Below, in pieces: positions 14,137 to 23,802 of a stretch of DNA of 64,000 nt. Origin of the DNA: an uncultured Holophaga sp. (lineage in GTDB: Bacteria; Acidobacteriota; Holophagae; Holophagales; Holophagaceae). The position numbers and the translations under genes are program-made. How positions within the stretch are numbered: the first letter of the stretch is position 1; each line of letters opens with the position of its first letter. The notes under the pieces were generated by a model. That model saw only the letters and a program-made list of their open reading frames with translations. It was not told the DNA's origin and searched no databases. The stretch is from the NCBI GenBank assembly GCA_963664825.1, contig OY761614.1:3104001-3168000 (forward strand), read 5' to 3'.

Positions 14137-16062
14137 ATGACCATTGCCCTCAGTCTGGTCAAGGTGAGCAAGCGCTACGGCGCCCAGCCCATCCTGGAGG
14201 AGCTTTCCTTCGGTCTGCAGCAGGGGGAGAAGGTCGGCCTCATTGGGCGCAACGGCACGGGGAAGTCCACGCTGTTCAAGATCCTTTCCCACGAGGAAAC
14301 CCCGGATTCCGGGGAGGTCGTCACGACCCAAGGGCTGCGGGTGGCGCGCCTCGCCCAGGATCCCCACTTCGAGCCTGAGGCCACCATTCGCCAGGCCCTG
14401 GAATTCGCCCTGGCCGATCACGCCACCCTCATCGCACGCCACGGCGAGATCCACGAGGAACTCCACCAGCGCCAGGGCGACCGGGGGGCCGAAGCGCGGC
14501 TGCACCTGGAACTGGAATCCGTGGAACTCCATTTGGCTCACATGGGCTGGGATCTGGAGCCCCGCCTGAAGGAGGCCCAGACCACCTGGGGGCTGGAGGA
14601 CCTGGAGGTCCAGGTGGAGTCCCTCTCCGGGGGCTGGCGCAAGCGAGTGGCCCTGGCCCAGGCCTGGCTCAAGGACCCGGATGTGTTGATCCTGGACGAG
14701 CCCACCAATCATCTCGATCCCGAACAGGTGGAAAAGCTGGAGGCCTGGCTCCAGGGCTTCGGGGGCGCGCTGCTGCTCATCACCCACGACCGGCATCTGC
14801 TGGATGGGGTGGTGGACCGCATGCTGGAATTGGAAATGGGGCGCCTCACCAACTACGAGGGCAACTACAGCGACTATCTGCTGGAGAAGGCGGACCGGGA
14901 ATATCGGGAATCCCGCCTCACGGAGCACATGCAGAACCGCCTGCGCCGGGAGATGGCCTGGCTGGGGCGGGGCGCCAAGGCCAGGACCCGCAAGAGCAAA
15001 CTGCGCATCCAGGATGTGCTGGACCTGAAGGACGACGTGGCCGAGCGCAACCGGGACGAGAGTCGTCAGGCCATCCAGTTCAAGGGCGGCGAGAATCGCA
15101 GCGATGCCCTGCTGCAGGTGAAGGGCCTGGAATTCGCGTACGAAGGGGGCCCTGAACTCATCGGGGGCCTGGATCTCTCCCTCCAGCGGGGGATGCGCGT
15201 GGCGCTGCTGGGGCCCAACGGTTGCGGCAAATCCACGTTCCTCAATCTGATCCTAGGGGAGCTGAGTCCCACCCGCGGCGAGGTGAGCCGCCACCCCAAG
15301 CTCTCCCTCTCGGCCATCTCCCAGGGCCGGGGCGAGCTGGATGGCTCCTTGAGCATCCTGGATAACCTGGCGGATCGCGTGGCGGTGGTGAAGCTCCAGG
15401 ATTCCGTGATCCACGCCCACGTCTACCTGACGAACTTCGCCTTTCCCGTGGAGCAGCAGGGACGGCTGGCTGCGACGCTTTCGGGCGGCGAACGAAACCG
15501 CCTGCTATTGGCCAAGGCCATGCTCCTGCCCTCCGATCTGCTGGTGTTGGATGAACCCACCAACGATCTGGATATCGCCACCCTTCAGAACCTGGAGGAA
15601 GCCCTGGTGGAATACCCCGGCACCCTGCTGCTGGTGAGCCATGACCGCTTCTTCCTAGATCAGGTGGCCACCCACACGCTGGCCTGGAACCCCCAGGGAA
15701 CGCGGCGCTGGGAGCTCTACGAAGGGAATCCCGATACCGTCAAGCGCCTGCGCGCGGCGCGCCTAGCCCAGGAAGCCCCGGTCAAGGCGGAGACGGTCAA
15801 GGCCGCCCGCACCGATGGGCACCACGGGAAGAAACCCGGCCTCAGCCAGAAGGAACAGCGGCGCGTGGTGGAGATCGAGGATGCCATGGCCTCGCTGCAC
15901 GCCCGCATCGCGGAGTTGGACGCCCTCACGGCCGATCCCATGGCCTTCGCTAGCGCCGACGCGCCGGGCCATCAGGCCCTGAAGGACCGGGACGCCGCCA
16001 AGGCCCAGCTCGACGAAATGGAGATGGCCTGGCTGGAGCTGGAGGAAAAGCGCCAGGGGTGA
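14137..16062 (+). CDS. ABC-F family ATP-binding protein, Uup-like
   Basis: Two ABC cassettes (GRNGTGKS/LSGG/LDEPTNHLD and GPNGCGKS/LSGGE/LDEPTNDLD); WLGRGAKARTRK linker; C-terminal coiled coil ending WLELEE. Confidence 0.9.
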   Translation: MTIALSLVKVSKRYGAQPILEELSFGLQQGEKVGLIGRNGTGKSTLFKILSHEETPDSGEVVTTQGLRVARLAQDPHFEPEATIRQALEFALADHATLIARHGEIHEELHQRQGDRGAEARLHLELESVELHLAHMGWDLEPRLKEAQTTWGLEDLEVQVESLSGGWRKRVALAQAWLKDPDVLILDEPTNHLDPEQVEKLEAWLQGFGGALLLITHDRHLLDGVVDRMLELEMGRLTNYEGNYSDYLLEKADREYRESRLTEHMQNRLRREMAWLGRGAKARTRKSKLRIQDVLDLKDDVAERNRDESRQAIQFKGGENRSDALLQVKGLEFAYEGGPELIGGLDLSLQRGMRVALLGPNGCGKSTFLNLILGELSPTRGEVSRHPKLSLSAISQGRGELDGSLSILDNLADRVAVVKLQDSVIHAHVYLTNFAFPVEQQGRLAATLSGGERNRLLLAKAMLLPSDLLVLDEPTNDLDIATLQNLEEALVEYPGTLLLVSHDRFFLDQVATHTLAWNPQGTRRWELYEGNPDTVKRLRAARLAQEAPVKAETVKAARTDGHHGKKPGLSQKEQRRVVEIEDAMASLHARIAELDALTADPMAFASADAPGHQALKDRDAAKAQLDEMEMAWLELEEKRQG

Positions 16063-16087
16063 CGGGCCGAAGGCCAGCGCTCCGGAA

Positions 16088-16119
16088 AATCCAAGGGGGC
16101 CTCGCGGCCCCCTTGGATT
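16088..16119. terminator. Hairpin between convergent ABC-F gene and glyS, probable bidirectional terminator or REP-like element
   Basis: Perfect 14-bp stem AATCCAAGGGGGCC-tcgc-GGCCCCCTTGGATT. Confidence 0.65.
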
Positions 16120-16123
16120 CCTG

Positions 16124-18205
16124 CTACTGCCAGTGGCTGAAGTCGGCCACCCGCAGGAAGGCCTGGCGCAGCCGGTGCAGGAGCGCGAGGCGTGCGGCTC
16201 GGAGTTCCGGATCCTCGCATTTGACCATCACGGCCTTGAAGAAGGCCTCCAGGGGCTGGGCCAGTTCGGCCAGGAGTTCCAGGAGGGTCCCGTGATCCGG
16301 GGCCTGCTCGAGTTCGGCGAGGCGGAGGGCGAGGGCCCTTTCCTCCTCCTGCTGGAGCGTGCCGGCGTCGAAGGTCTCGGCAGGGCTTTCATTGATGAGG
16401 ATATTGCCGATGCGCTTGGCGCTCATGCCCAGGCTCTCGAAACGGGCGTCCTCCGCAAAGCCGGAGAGCGCTTCGCAACGGGCCTTGAGATCCACGAGAT
16501 CCGTCCAGCCCGTGGCCAGGGCCGAGCGGCGCACGGGGCCCGGATATCCCGCGAGCTCCAGCTGGTAGGCCACGCGGTCCCGGAAGAACATGAGGAGGGC
16601 CTCCCGGGTCTCGGCTTCGGGTTTGGTGGCCCGGGCCTTCACGGCGCCGAGCCCCTCTTCCACCAGCTTGGCGAGATCCAGCTTCCAGCCCTGTTCCCAC
16701 AGGATCCGCACGATGCCTTGTCCCGCGCGGCGCAGGGCCAGCGGGTCCTTGCTCCCGGAGGGGATCTGACCGATGGCGAAGCAGCCCGCCACCGTGTCCA
16801 GCTTGTCGGAGATGGCCAACACGCCCCCCATGGGCGTGCTTGGGATTTCCCCCGCGGCGCTCAAGGGCCGGTAGTGCTCCTTCACGGCCCTCCAGACGTC
16901 TTCGGGCTGGCCTTCCTGCCGGAGGTATTCGCCGCCCATGATGCCCTGCAGCTCCGGGAATTCCCCCACCATGAGGGTCACGAGATCGGCCTTGCAGAGC
17001 CGCGCGGCCTCTCCTGCCAGGGCCCCATTGAGGCCCTGATCGCTGGCGAGCTGTTCGGCGATGCGCGTGATGCGCTGGGTCTTCTCCACGTAGCTGCCCA
17101 GTTCCCGGTGGAAGGTCAGATGGGAGAGCTTCTCCAGGCGGGTCTCCAGGGGCGTGCGCCTATCCTCGGCGAAGAAGAATCGGGCGTCGTAGAGCCGGGC
17201 CTTGAGCACCCATTCGTTGCCGCTCTTCACGAAGCCTTCGGGATCATCGGGGCGGTTGGCGGCGGTGAGAAAATAGGGCAGCAGGCCGCCCTTGTCGTTC
17301 TCGATGCAGAAGGACTTCTGATGCTCCTTGAGGCTGGTGACCAGCACTTCCTTGGGCAGGTCCAGGAAGGATTCCGGGAAGTCGCCCCGCAGGATCTTGG
17401 GGCATTCCACGATCTCGGAAAGCACCGTGAGCAGTTCCTCATCGGCCACCACGTGTCCGCCGATTTCAAGGGCGAGCTGCTCGAGCTGGGCCTTCATGGC
17501 GTCCCGGCGCTTCCCGCAGTCGACCACCACTCCTGCTTTTTCGAGGGTGGCCTCGTAGGCCTCGGGGGCCGGGATCTGCACGGGTTCGGGATGGTCCATA
17601 TGGAAGAGGCGATGGCCCCAGGTGCTGCTTCCGGCCTTCACGCCATCGACTTCGAAGGGCACGATCTCCTCTCCGAAGAGACAGAGGATATTCCGGATGG
17701 GGCGCACGAACTGGAATTCGCTCGTGCCCCAGCGCATGGCCTTGGGCACGCTGAGGCCCGCGATGATCCGGGGCAGGGCCTCGGAAAGCAGCTCCACCGT
17801 GGGGCGCCCGCGCTTCAGGAGCGTGACCACGGCGCAGGGCTCCTTCTTGCCCTTGGGCTGTTCGAAGCGGACGGCGGCAAAGTCCACGCCCCACTTCTCG
17901 GCGAACTTGAGGCCCGTCTGGGTGGGCGCGCCCGCTTCGTCCACGCACATGCGCTGGGGGGGGCCCACCTGGGTATCGGTCTGGTCGGCCTGTTGGAGCG
18001 GCAGATTTTGGATGCGCCAGGCCAGCTTGCGGGGGGAGAGGAATCCCTGGATGCGCATCCCGTAGTTGGCGCTGTCGCCAGTGGGGAACCAGGCCTCCAG
18101 ATCGTCTTCCAGCTTGTGGCTGAAATCGTTCACCAGCGGCTTCAGGAAGCGCGCGGGGATCTCTTCGCAGTGCAGTTCCAGCAGGAGGGTGCGGGTCTCC
18201 ATCAC
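16124..18205 (-). CDS. glyS: Glycine--tRNA ligase beta subunit
   Basis: [15 protein letters not shown]...[15 protein letters not shown] and [10 protein letters not shown] motifs. Confidence 0.95.
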   Translation of the reverse strand: MMETRTLLLELHCEEIPARFLKPLVNDFSHKLEDDLEAWFPTGDSANYGMRIQGFLSPRKLAWRIQNLPLQQADQTDTQVGPPQRMCVDEAGAPTQTGLKFAEKWGVDFAAVRFEQPKGKKEPCAVVTLLKRGRPTVELLSEALPRIIAGLSVPKAMRWGTSEFQFVRPIRNILCLFGEEIVPFEVDGVKAGSSTWGHRLFHMDHPEPVQIPAPEAYEATLEKAGVVVDCGKRRDAMKAQLEQLALEIGGHVVADEELLTVLSEIVECPKILRGDFPESFLDLPKEVLVTSLKEHQKSFCIENDKGGLLPYFLTAANRPDDPEGFVKSGNEWVLKARLYDARFFFAEDRRTPLETRLEKLSHLTFHRELGSYVEKTQRITRIAEQLASDQGLNGALAGEAARLCKADLVTLMVGEFPELQGIMGGEYLRQEGQPEDVWRAVKEHYRPLSAAGEIPSTPMGGVLAISDKLDTVAGCFAIGQIPSGSKDPLALRRAGQGIVRILWEQGWKLDLAKLVEEGLGAVKARATKPEAETREALLMFFRDRVAYQLELAGYPGPVRRSALATGWTDLVDLKARCEALSGFAEDARFESLGMSAKRIGNILINESPAETFDAGTLQQEEERALALRLAELEQAPDHGTLLELLAELAQPLEAFFKAVMVKCEDPELRAARLALLHRLRQAFLRVADFSHWQ

Positions 18206-19092
18206 TTCACCTCCTGGGCTTGGGCGGTCTCGAATTCCAGGTAGGCCCTGGCGCAGGCGCAGGCGAGATCGCGCACGCGCTTGATGATGCCGGGGCGCTC
18301 GGTGGTGGAGACGGCGCCCCGGGCATCCAGCACGTTGAAAGTGTGACTCATCTTGAGGGCCTGGTCGTAGGCGGAGCGGAAGTGGCCGTGGTCCTTGACC
18401 ATGCGCCAGCCCTCCTTTTCGAATTCGGTGAAGAGCATCTGGTGCAGTTCGAGATTGGCGTGTTCGAAGCTGTAGGCGCTCAGTTCGAATTCCTCCCGGT
18501 GGCGCACGTCCCCATAGGTGATGGGGAAGACGCCCTGGTCGGTCTTCACCTCGCCCCAGGTGAGATCGAAGATGTTATCGATGCCCGAGAGGAACATGCA
18601 GATGCGTTCGATGCCGTAGGTCAGTTCGGCTGATACCGGCCGACAATCGATGCCGGCCATCTGCTGGAAGTAGGTGAACTGGCTGATCTCCATGCCATCG
18701 AGCACCACCTGCCAGCCCACGCCCCAGGCGCCCAGCGTCGGGGATTCCCAGTTGTCCTCCTCGAAGCGCAGATCGTGCTTGCGCATATCGATGCCCAGGG
18801 CCTCCAGGCTCTCGATATACATCTCCTGCACCTTGGCGGGGGAGGGCTTGAGGATCACCTGGAACTGGTGGTGCTTGTAGACGCGGAATGGGTTTTCGCC
18901 GTAGCGGCCGTCACCGGGGCGGCGGCTGGGCTCCACGTAGCCCACGTTCCAGGGCCTTTCACCCAGGGCGCCGAAGAAGGTGAGCGGATTCATGGTGCCC
19001 GCGCCCTTCTCGATATCGTAGGGCTGGCCCACGAGACAGCCGCGATCGGCCCAGTAGCGCTGGAGGCGAAGGATCAATTCTTGGACATGCAT
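18202..19092 (-). CDS. glyQ: Glycine--tRNA ligase alpha subunit
   Basis: [38 protein letters not shown] and ELTYGIER motifs. Confidence 0.97.
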   Translation of the reverse strand: MHVQELILRLQRYWADRGCLVGQPYDIEKGAGTMNPLTFFGALGERPWNVGYVEPSRRPGDGRYGENPFRVYKHHQFQVILKPSPAKVQEMYIESLEALGIDMRKHDLRFEEDNWESPTLGAWGVGWQVVLDGMEISQFTYFQQMAGIDCRPVSAELTYGIERICMFLSGIDNIFDLTWGEVKTDQGVFPITYGDVRHREEFELSAYSFEHANLELHQMLFTEFEKEGWRMVKDHGHFRSAYDQALKMSHTFNVLDARGAVSTTERPGIIKRVRDLACACARAYLEFETAQAQEVK

Positions 19093-19266
19093 GGCGAACC
19101 CGCATAAAACCTAGATTCTACCTGGATCGCGCCGGGAATTCGACGGCGGATTGTGGGCTCGGGGTCTGGGGGTGCCCTCCCTGAAGCGCGGGAAGCGGGA
19201 TCTGGAGAAGGCCTTCGGGAGAATTCCTAATCGCTGATAGAATCCTTTTTTACTCAGGGAATCCCC

Positions 19267-20214
19267 ATGTCCAAAAAAATCGCACTCATCGCCATCGGCG
19301 GAAACGCCCTGCTCAAGGAGAAGGAGCAGGGGCTCCAGGAAGAGCAGTTGGAGAACGCACGGGAATGCGCCGAGATGTTCGCCAATGTCATCCAGGCGGG
19401 CTACAGCCTCTGCGTGGTCCACGGCAACGGCCCCCAGGTGGGCAATATCCTCATCCAGCAGGAGATGGGCGCCAACAAGATCCCGCCCTACACCCTGGAT
19501 ATCGCCGACGCCATGACCCAGGGCTCCATGGGCTACATCATCGAGCGGATGCTCATCAACCGCCTGCGCTACATCAAGCACGAATGCCCCGTTAGCACCG
19601 TGCTCACGGAAGTCGTCGTGGACAAGAACGACCCGGGCTTCGAGAATCCCACCAAGCCCGTGGGCCCCTTCTACACGGAATTCCGCGCCGTGGAACTCCA
19701 GAAACAGAAAAAATGGCACATGAAGGAAGACGCGGGCCGCGGCTGGCGGAAGGTCGTGCCCTCGCCCAGGCCCCTGGAGATCATCCAGCTGGAGGCCGTG
19801 AAGCTCCTGCTGGAGGCCGGTCACTGCGTCATCGCCGGTGGTGGCGGCGGCATCCCCGTCATCCGCGACGCCAGCGGGTTTCTCGTGGGTGTGGAGGCCG
19901 TCATCGACAAGGACCGCCTTTCCAGCCTGCTGGCCGAACAGCTGGGGGCCGATACCTACGTGATCCTCACCGGCGTGCCCAAGGTGGCCACCGACTTCGG
20001 CAAACCCACGCAAAAGTGGGTGGATCGCATGACCCTCACGGAGGCGAGGAAGCACTTGGCCGATGGCCAGTTCCCCGCCGGGAGCATGGGCCCCAAGATC
20101 GAATCGGCCATGGCCTTCATCGAGGCCGGCGGCCACGAGGTGCTGATCACCAGCCCCGAGGCGCTGGGCAAGGAATCCTATGAAACGGTGGGCACGCGCA
20201 TTGTGCGGGATTAA
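19267..20214 (+). CDS. arcC: Carbamate kinase
   Basis: AIGGNAL, HGNGPQVG, NPTKPVGPFY, GVEAVIDKD and GSMGPK motifs. Confidence 0.95.
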   Translation: MSKKIALIAIGGNALLKEKEQGLQEEQLENARECAEMFANVIQAGYSLCVVHGNGPQVGNILIQQEMGANKIPPYTLDIADAMTQGSMGYIIERMLINRLRYIKHECPVSTVLTEVVVDKNDPGFENPTKPVGPFYTEFRAVELQKQKKWHMKEDAGRGWRKVVPSPRPLEIIQLEAVKLLLEAGHCVIAGGGGGIPVIRDASGFLVGVEAVIDKDRLSSLLAEQLGADTYVILTGVPKVATDFGKPTQKWVDRMTLTEARKHLADGQFPAGSMGPKIESAMAFIEAGGHEVLITSPEALGKESYETVGTRIVRD

Positions 20215-20225
20215 GTCTTTCTGGG

Positions 20226-20268
20226 TTCACAAAAATGGAGCGCGAATTTTGCGTTCCATTTTTGTGAA
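20226..20268. repeat. AT-rich 18-bp inverted repeat between arcC and the YciI gene
   Basis: TTCACAAAAATGGAGCGC-gaatttt-GCGTTCCATTTTTGTGAA, one G:T pair. Confidence 0.8.
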
Positions 20269-20297
20269 ATGGGAAAAAACAAGAAGGAGAAAAGCCC

Positions 20298-20591
20298 ATG
20301 TACGCCATTGCCATCGTGCGCTACCGCAAACCCCTGGAGGAGATTCTCAAGGTCCTGGAGGCGCACCGCGCCTATCTGCGAGGCCTCAAGGAAAAGAAGG
20401 TATTGCTGGCCTCCGGTCCACTGGATCCCCGCAATGGCGGCGCCCTGCTGCTGCGGGTGGAGGATGAGAACGCGCTGAAGGCGCTCGATCAGGTGCGGGA
20501 TGGCGATCCCTTCATCCGGGAGGGCGTGGCCCAGTACGAACTGCTCCCCTGGATTCCGGGGATCGGCGTCGAGGATCTGGACAGGCTCTGA
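20298..20591 (+). CDS. YciI family protein
   Basis: HRAYL, LASGP, GGALL and DPF motifs; AAGGAG SD. Confidence 0.85.
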   Translation: MYAIAIVRYRKPLEEILKVLEAHRAYLRGLKEKKVLLASGPLDPRNGGALLLRVEDENALKALDQVRDGDPFIREGVAQYELLPWIPGIGVEDLDRL

Positions 20592-20621
20592 CCACTCCTC
20601 GCCGGTCCTGAAACGAAACAA

Positions 20622-20650
20622 AAGAGGAGGGCCCCAAGGGCCCTCCTCTT
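20622..20650 (-). terminator. Intrinsic terminator for the 20669-21700 gene
   Basis: Stem AAGAGGAGGGCCC/GGGCCCTCCTCTT with a U-rich tail on the minus strand. Confidence 0.75.
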
Positions 20651-20668
20651 GAAGATGGAACCAACCGC

Positions 20669-21700
20669 CTACTTCACGTTCTTCAGGCTGGGGTCGGCCA
20701 GCATGGCTTTGACCTCGGCGGAATGCTTGCCCGCGGGTTCCAGCGCCAGGTATTTTTGGAGATTGGTCTTGGTGCCCTTGAGATTCATCTCCGTGAATTC
20801 GCACATGGCCAGTAGGTAATAGGCCTCGGCGAATTCGGCCTTGATGGCGATGGCCTTCTGGAGGAAGGGCTTGGCCTCGGCCAGCTTGCCGGCATTGTAG
20901 AGCTCGACGCCCTGGTTATAAGCCTGTTCTGGGCGGGGGCCCAGGATGGTATCGAGGGCGGCCTGATACTTCTTGGAGCCCTCGGCATCCTGCTTGGCGT
21001 TGGAAACATCGAGCAGGTAGACGATGGCGTTCTGATCCTTGGGGTTCCGCTCGAAGGCCTTGAGCAGCATGGGCTCGGCCTTGGCCATGAACTCGGCCTT
21101 CCTGGCCTCATCGGTCTTGGCCACCTCCATCAGGCTGAAGGCGAAGGGACGCTCGATGGTGATGAGCTTCTTCTCTGTTTCGGCTTTGACGGTGGCATCG
21201 GTGGCTTTGGCCAAGGATTCGTCGAGATCCTTCGTGGCCGATTCGAAGAGGGGGAGTGCCTCGGCAAACTTCTTCTCATTATAGAAACTCACGGCCTGAT
21301 TGTAGGACTCGAGCCCTTTTGCCTCGGCGACGGCGGAGGGGTCCACCGCCGCGGTCGCCTTGCCGGATTTGACCGCCTCACTGGGCGTTAGCAGGACGAC
21401 ATCCTTCTGGAGGACGATGCCCACGCCGATATGATCCTGGTCCTTCATCTCGCAAAAGCCCGGTGCGCTTACGGTGATCGCGTAGTCTCCCGGCGTGAAC
21501 CCCACCTGGAAGAACTTGCCCTGGCCATTGACCTTCAGCTCCTTGGTCCAGTTGATGCCGATCTTGCTCACGACGACCTTGACGCTGGGGACAGGTTTGC
21601 CTTTCGAATCCAGCACCTTCCCCTGTAGGGATCCCGTCGACTGCGCCGCCAAGCTGAGACCCATGGTCATGGTGATGAGGGCCGGGACAATCATCTTCAT
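20669..21700 (-). CDS. Secreted protein: carboxypeptidase-regulatory-like domain + TPR repeats
   Basis: Signal peptide; GSLQGKVLDSKGKPV...PGDYAITVSAPGF; TPR repeats; GGAGG SD. Confidence 0.8.
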   Translation of the reverse strand: MKMIVPALITMTMGLSLAAQSTGSLQGKVLDSKGKPVPSVKVVVSKIGINWTKELKVNGQGKFFQVGFTPGDYAITVSAPGFCEMKDQDHIGVGIVLQKDVVLLTPSEAVKSGKATAAVDPSAVAEAKGLESYNQAVSFYNEKKFAEALPLFESATKDLDESLAKATDATVKAETEKKLITIERPFAFSLMEVAKTDEARKAEFMAKAEPMLLKAFERNPKDQNAIVYLLDVSNAKQDAEGSKKYQAALDTILGPRPEQAYNQGVELYNAGKLAEAKPFLQKAIAIKAEFAEAYYLLAMCEFTEMNLKGTKTNLQKYLALEPAGKHSAEVKAMLADPSLKNVK

Positions 21701-21948
21701 ACAACCTCCCAATTCTCACTCATGATCTCATTTCTGAGGGGAGTTGAGAAGTGGGGCGCTCAAATCGTAAGCCGTGATACGCTTCCAACAATTCCAGGGG
21801 TTAGGATGAACGTTGCGGTTCCTGAACCGTCCCTTTCTGCATGGGTGCGGCTGCTCACCGGGCAGACTCTACTGGTCGTGGGCGTTCGCCAGCCCTTGCA
21901 AATCCTGGGTCTCGCTCCTGTCAGGGGCCCGGAAGAAGGAGTCCGTCC

Positions 21949-23793
21949 ATGAAGGTGTCTCGAAGCTTCCCCGTCCTGCTGGCCCTGCTTCTGGCCTGTT
22001 TCTCCGGGAATGCCTTCCGATTGGCGGCGGCCACCGGGGAGACGGCGCCCGGCATCGCCCTGGCCCACCGAGTCGAGCGTCTGAAGACGGCCCTGCGCTC
22101 CGGGGACCCGGCTTCGATCGAGAATGCGGCCCATGAGGTCGAGCTCCTGCGCAGGAACTACGGCACCCTGGATGTCACCCCCCTGGTGGAGGCCATGGCG
22201 GTCTGGGCCCAGCAATTGGGCAATCAGGGCAACGCCGAACTGGGTCTCAAGGTCGTCCGGGCCATCGAGGAACGTTGGGCCCCCCACAACCCGACCCTCC
22301 TGGGCACCCGGATCCGGCTCCTCCGCCAGGACGGGATCAAGGGCTACATCCTGAGCCTTCCGGATGTGACCGAACTCACGCGCCTCAGGCTCGTCCATCC
22401 CACCCACCGCTGGCTCTGGATCGTTCAACACGCGGCTTGGCTGCGCATGATGGCCACCCTGCTGCTCTGGGGGTGGACGGTGGCGCTTGCGCTCCGCTAC
22501 CGGCGTGTCCTGCGCTACCTGTGGGAGGAACCCCTCGCCAAGCGCGGGCTCGGTTCCCTGCCAATGGCCTTGATGGGGGCCTTCCTCTTGGCTCTCCCCA
22601 TTATCCTGGGCTTCGATCCTGGTGTGGCGGCCCTGCTCTGGATCTGGCTGCTGGCGCCCTATATGCGCACCCTGGAGGTCAAGGCGACCTACCTGGTGAT
22701 CGCCCTTCAGCTCCTCCACCCCGCGCTAGCCATCCTGGAGCCCAAGGCTCAGCAGATACCGGAGCCCAGCATCGTGACGTTGCAGGTGCAGCCCCAGGTC
22801 CGGGGCCTGGAGGAGGGCCGGATCCAGGCGCTCCCCTCTTCGGACAGGGTCTTCCTCCGGGGTTGGGAAGAGTTGCAGGGCCAGAACTGGCGGGGCGCCG
22901 AGGCCACCTTCCTGGCCTTGGTGGGCAAGCACCCCGACCAGGCGGAAGTGCTCAACAATCTGGGTGCTGCCCGTTTCCAGTTGGGCCAACAGACCGAAGC
23001 CGAACAGGACTTCGAGAAAGCCTTCCAGCTCTCCCCAGCCAGCCCCCAGATCCTGCTCAACCAGAGCGTGATCGCCTTCAAGAAACTGGATAGCCCCACG
23101 GGTATCGCCAAGCAGGAGGAGGCCCGCCGCATCGCTCCTGAGGTCTATGAGGGCCTGAAGAATGCCAGCCAGTCTGGCACGGAGCAGCGGGCCTTCGCGC
23201 TGCCCTTGCCGGATTCACCGTCTCGCACCGAGGCCCTCAAGGCCGGGAGGAACGGGGTTCCGGTGGTCCAGCGTCCCCAGACGCCCATCCTCGTCTTCGG
23301 CTTCGTGCTTCCCCTGGTGGCCCTGCTGGCCTTCATGATCCGCTTGGCCCGCAGCATCAAACAGGCCCATCCCACCCAGTGCCTGCGCTGCGGGGAACCA
23401 TTCCACACCACCGATAGCCCCGATGTGGAGGTCTGCTCCAAATGCCACCACCTGTTCGTGATCAAGGATGGCCTCCACGGTGAGAGCCGGAAGCGGAAGG
23501 TGGATGAGGTGACGGCCTTCCAGGGCGCTCAGCGCTGGATCCACCGCAGCCTGGTGGTGCTGGTCCCTGGTGCTGATCTCTGTTTCCTGGGCGATACCCA
23601 GCAGGGTTTCGTGGAACTGCTCTTCCTGTGTTTTGCCCTGGGGATTGTCTTTGCCACCGGCCGCAGCGTTCGCTATCCCGGCGAGATCCTCCCCGATCCA
23701 TCCTCCACGTGGCTCCCGCTGGGGTTGATCCTGCTCACCATCCTCTTTTTCCGTTCGTGGTTGAAGCTGCTGCCGCGACGGCGCCGCTCCTGA
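21949..23793 (+). CDS. Multi-pass membrane protein with TPR repeats and a C4 zinc finger
   Basis: Hydrophobic segments; TPR (EVLNNLGAARFQLG...AEQDFEKAFQLSP); CLRC-x14-CSKC; AAGGAG SD. Confidence 0.75.
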   Translation: MKVSRSFPVLLALLLACFSGNAFRLAAATGETAPGIALAHRVERLKTALRSGDPASIENAAHEVELLRRNYGTLDVTPLVEAMAVWAQQLGNQGNAELGLKVVRAIEERWAPHNPTLLGTRIRLLRQDGIKGYILSLPDVTELTRLRLVHPTHRWLWIVQHAAWLRMMATLLLWGWTVALALRYRRVLRYLWEEPLAKRGLGSLPMALMGAFLLALPIILGFDPGVAALLWIWLLAPYMRTLEVKATYLVIALQLLHPALAILEPKAQQIPEPSIVTLQVQPQVRGLEEGRIQALPSSDRVFLRGWEELQGQNWRGAEATFLALVGKHPDQAEVLNNLGAARFQLGQQTEAEQDFEKAFQLSPASPQILLNQSVIAFKKLDSPTGIAKQEEARRIAPEVYEGLKNASQSGTEQRAFALPLPDSPSRTEALKAGRNGVPVVQRPQTPILVFGFVLPLVALLAFMIRLARSIKQAHPTQCLRCGEPFHTTDSPDVEVCSKCHHLFVIKDGLHGESRKRKVDEVTAFQGAQRWIHRSLVVLVPGADLCFLGDTQQGFVELLFLCFALGIVFATGRSVRYPGEILPDPSSTWLPLGLILLTILFFRSWLKLLPRRRRS

Positions 23794-23802
23794 GGTAGAC
23801 CC

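Noticed and set aside
16133..18244. Long antisense ORFs (703 aa opposite glyS; similar ones opposite the carboxylase, ugd, hydE, groEL, xerD and uvrB)
   Set aside because: Expected shadow ORFs from high GC3 codon bias; no motifs or ribosome-binding sites.
19093..19266. T-box or glycine riboswitch upstream of glyQS
   Set aside because: No T-box consensus or glycine aptamer motifs; a TAGAAT -10 lies only ~22 nt from the start codon.
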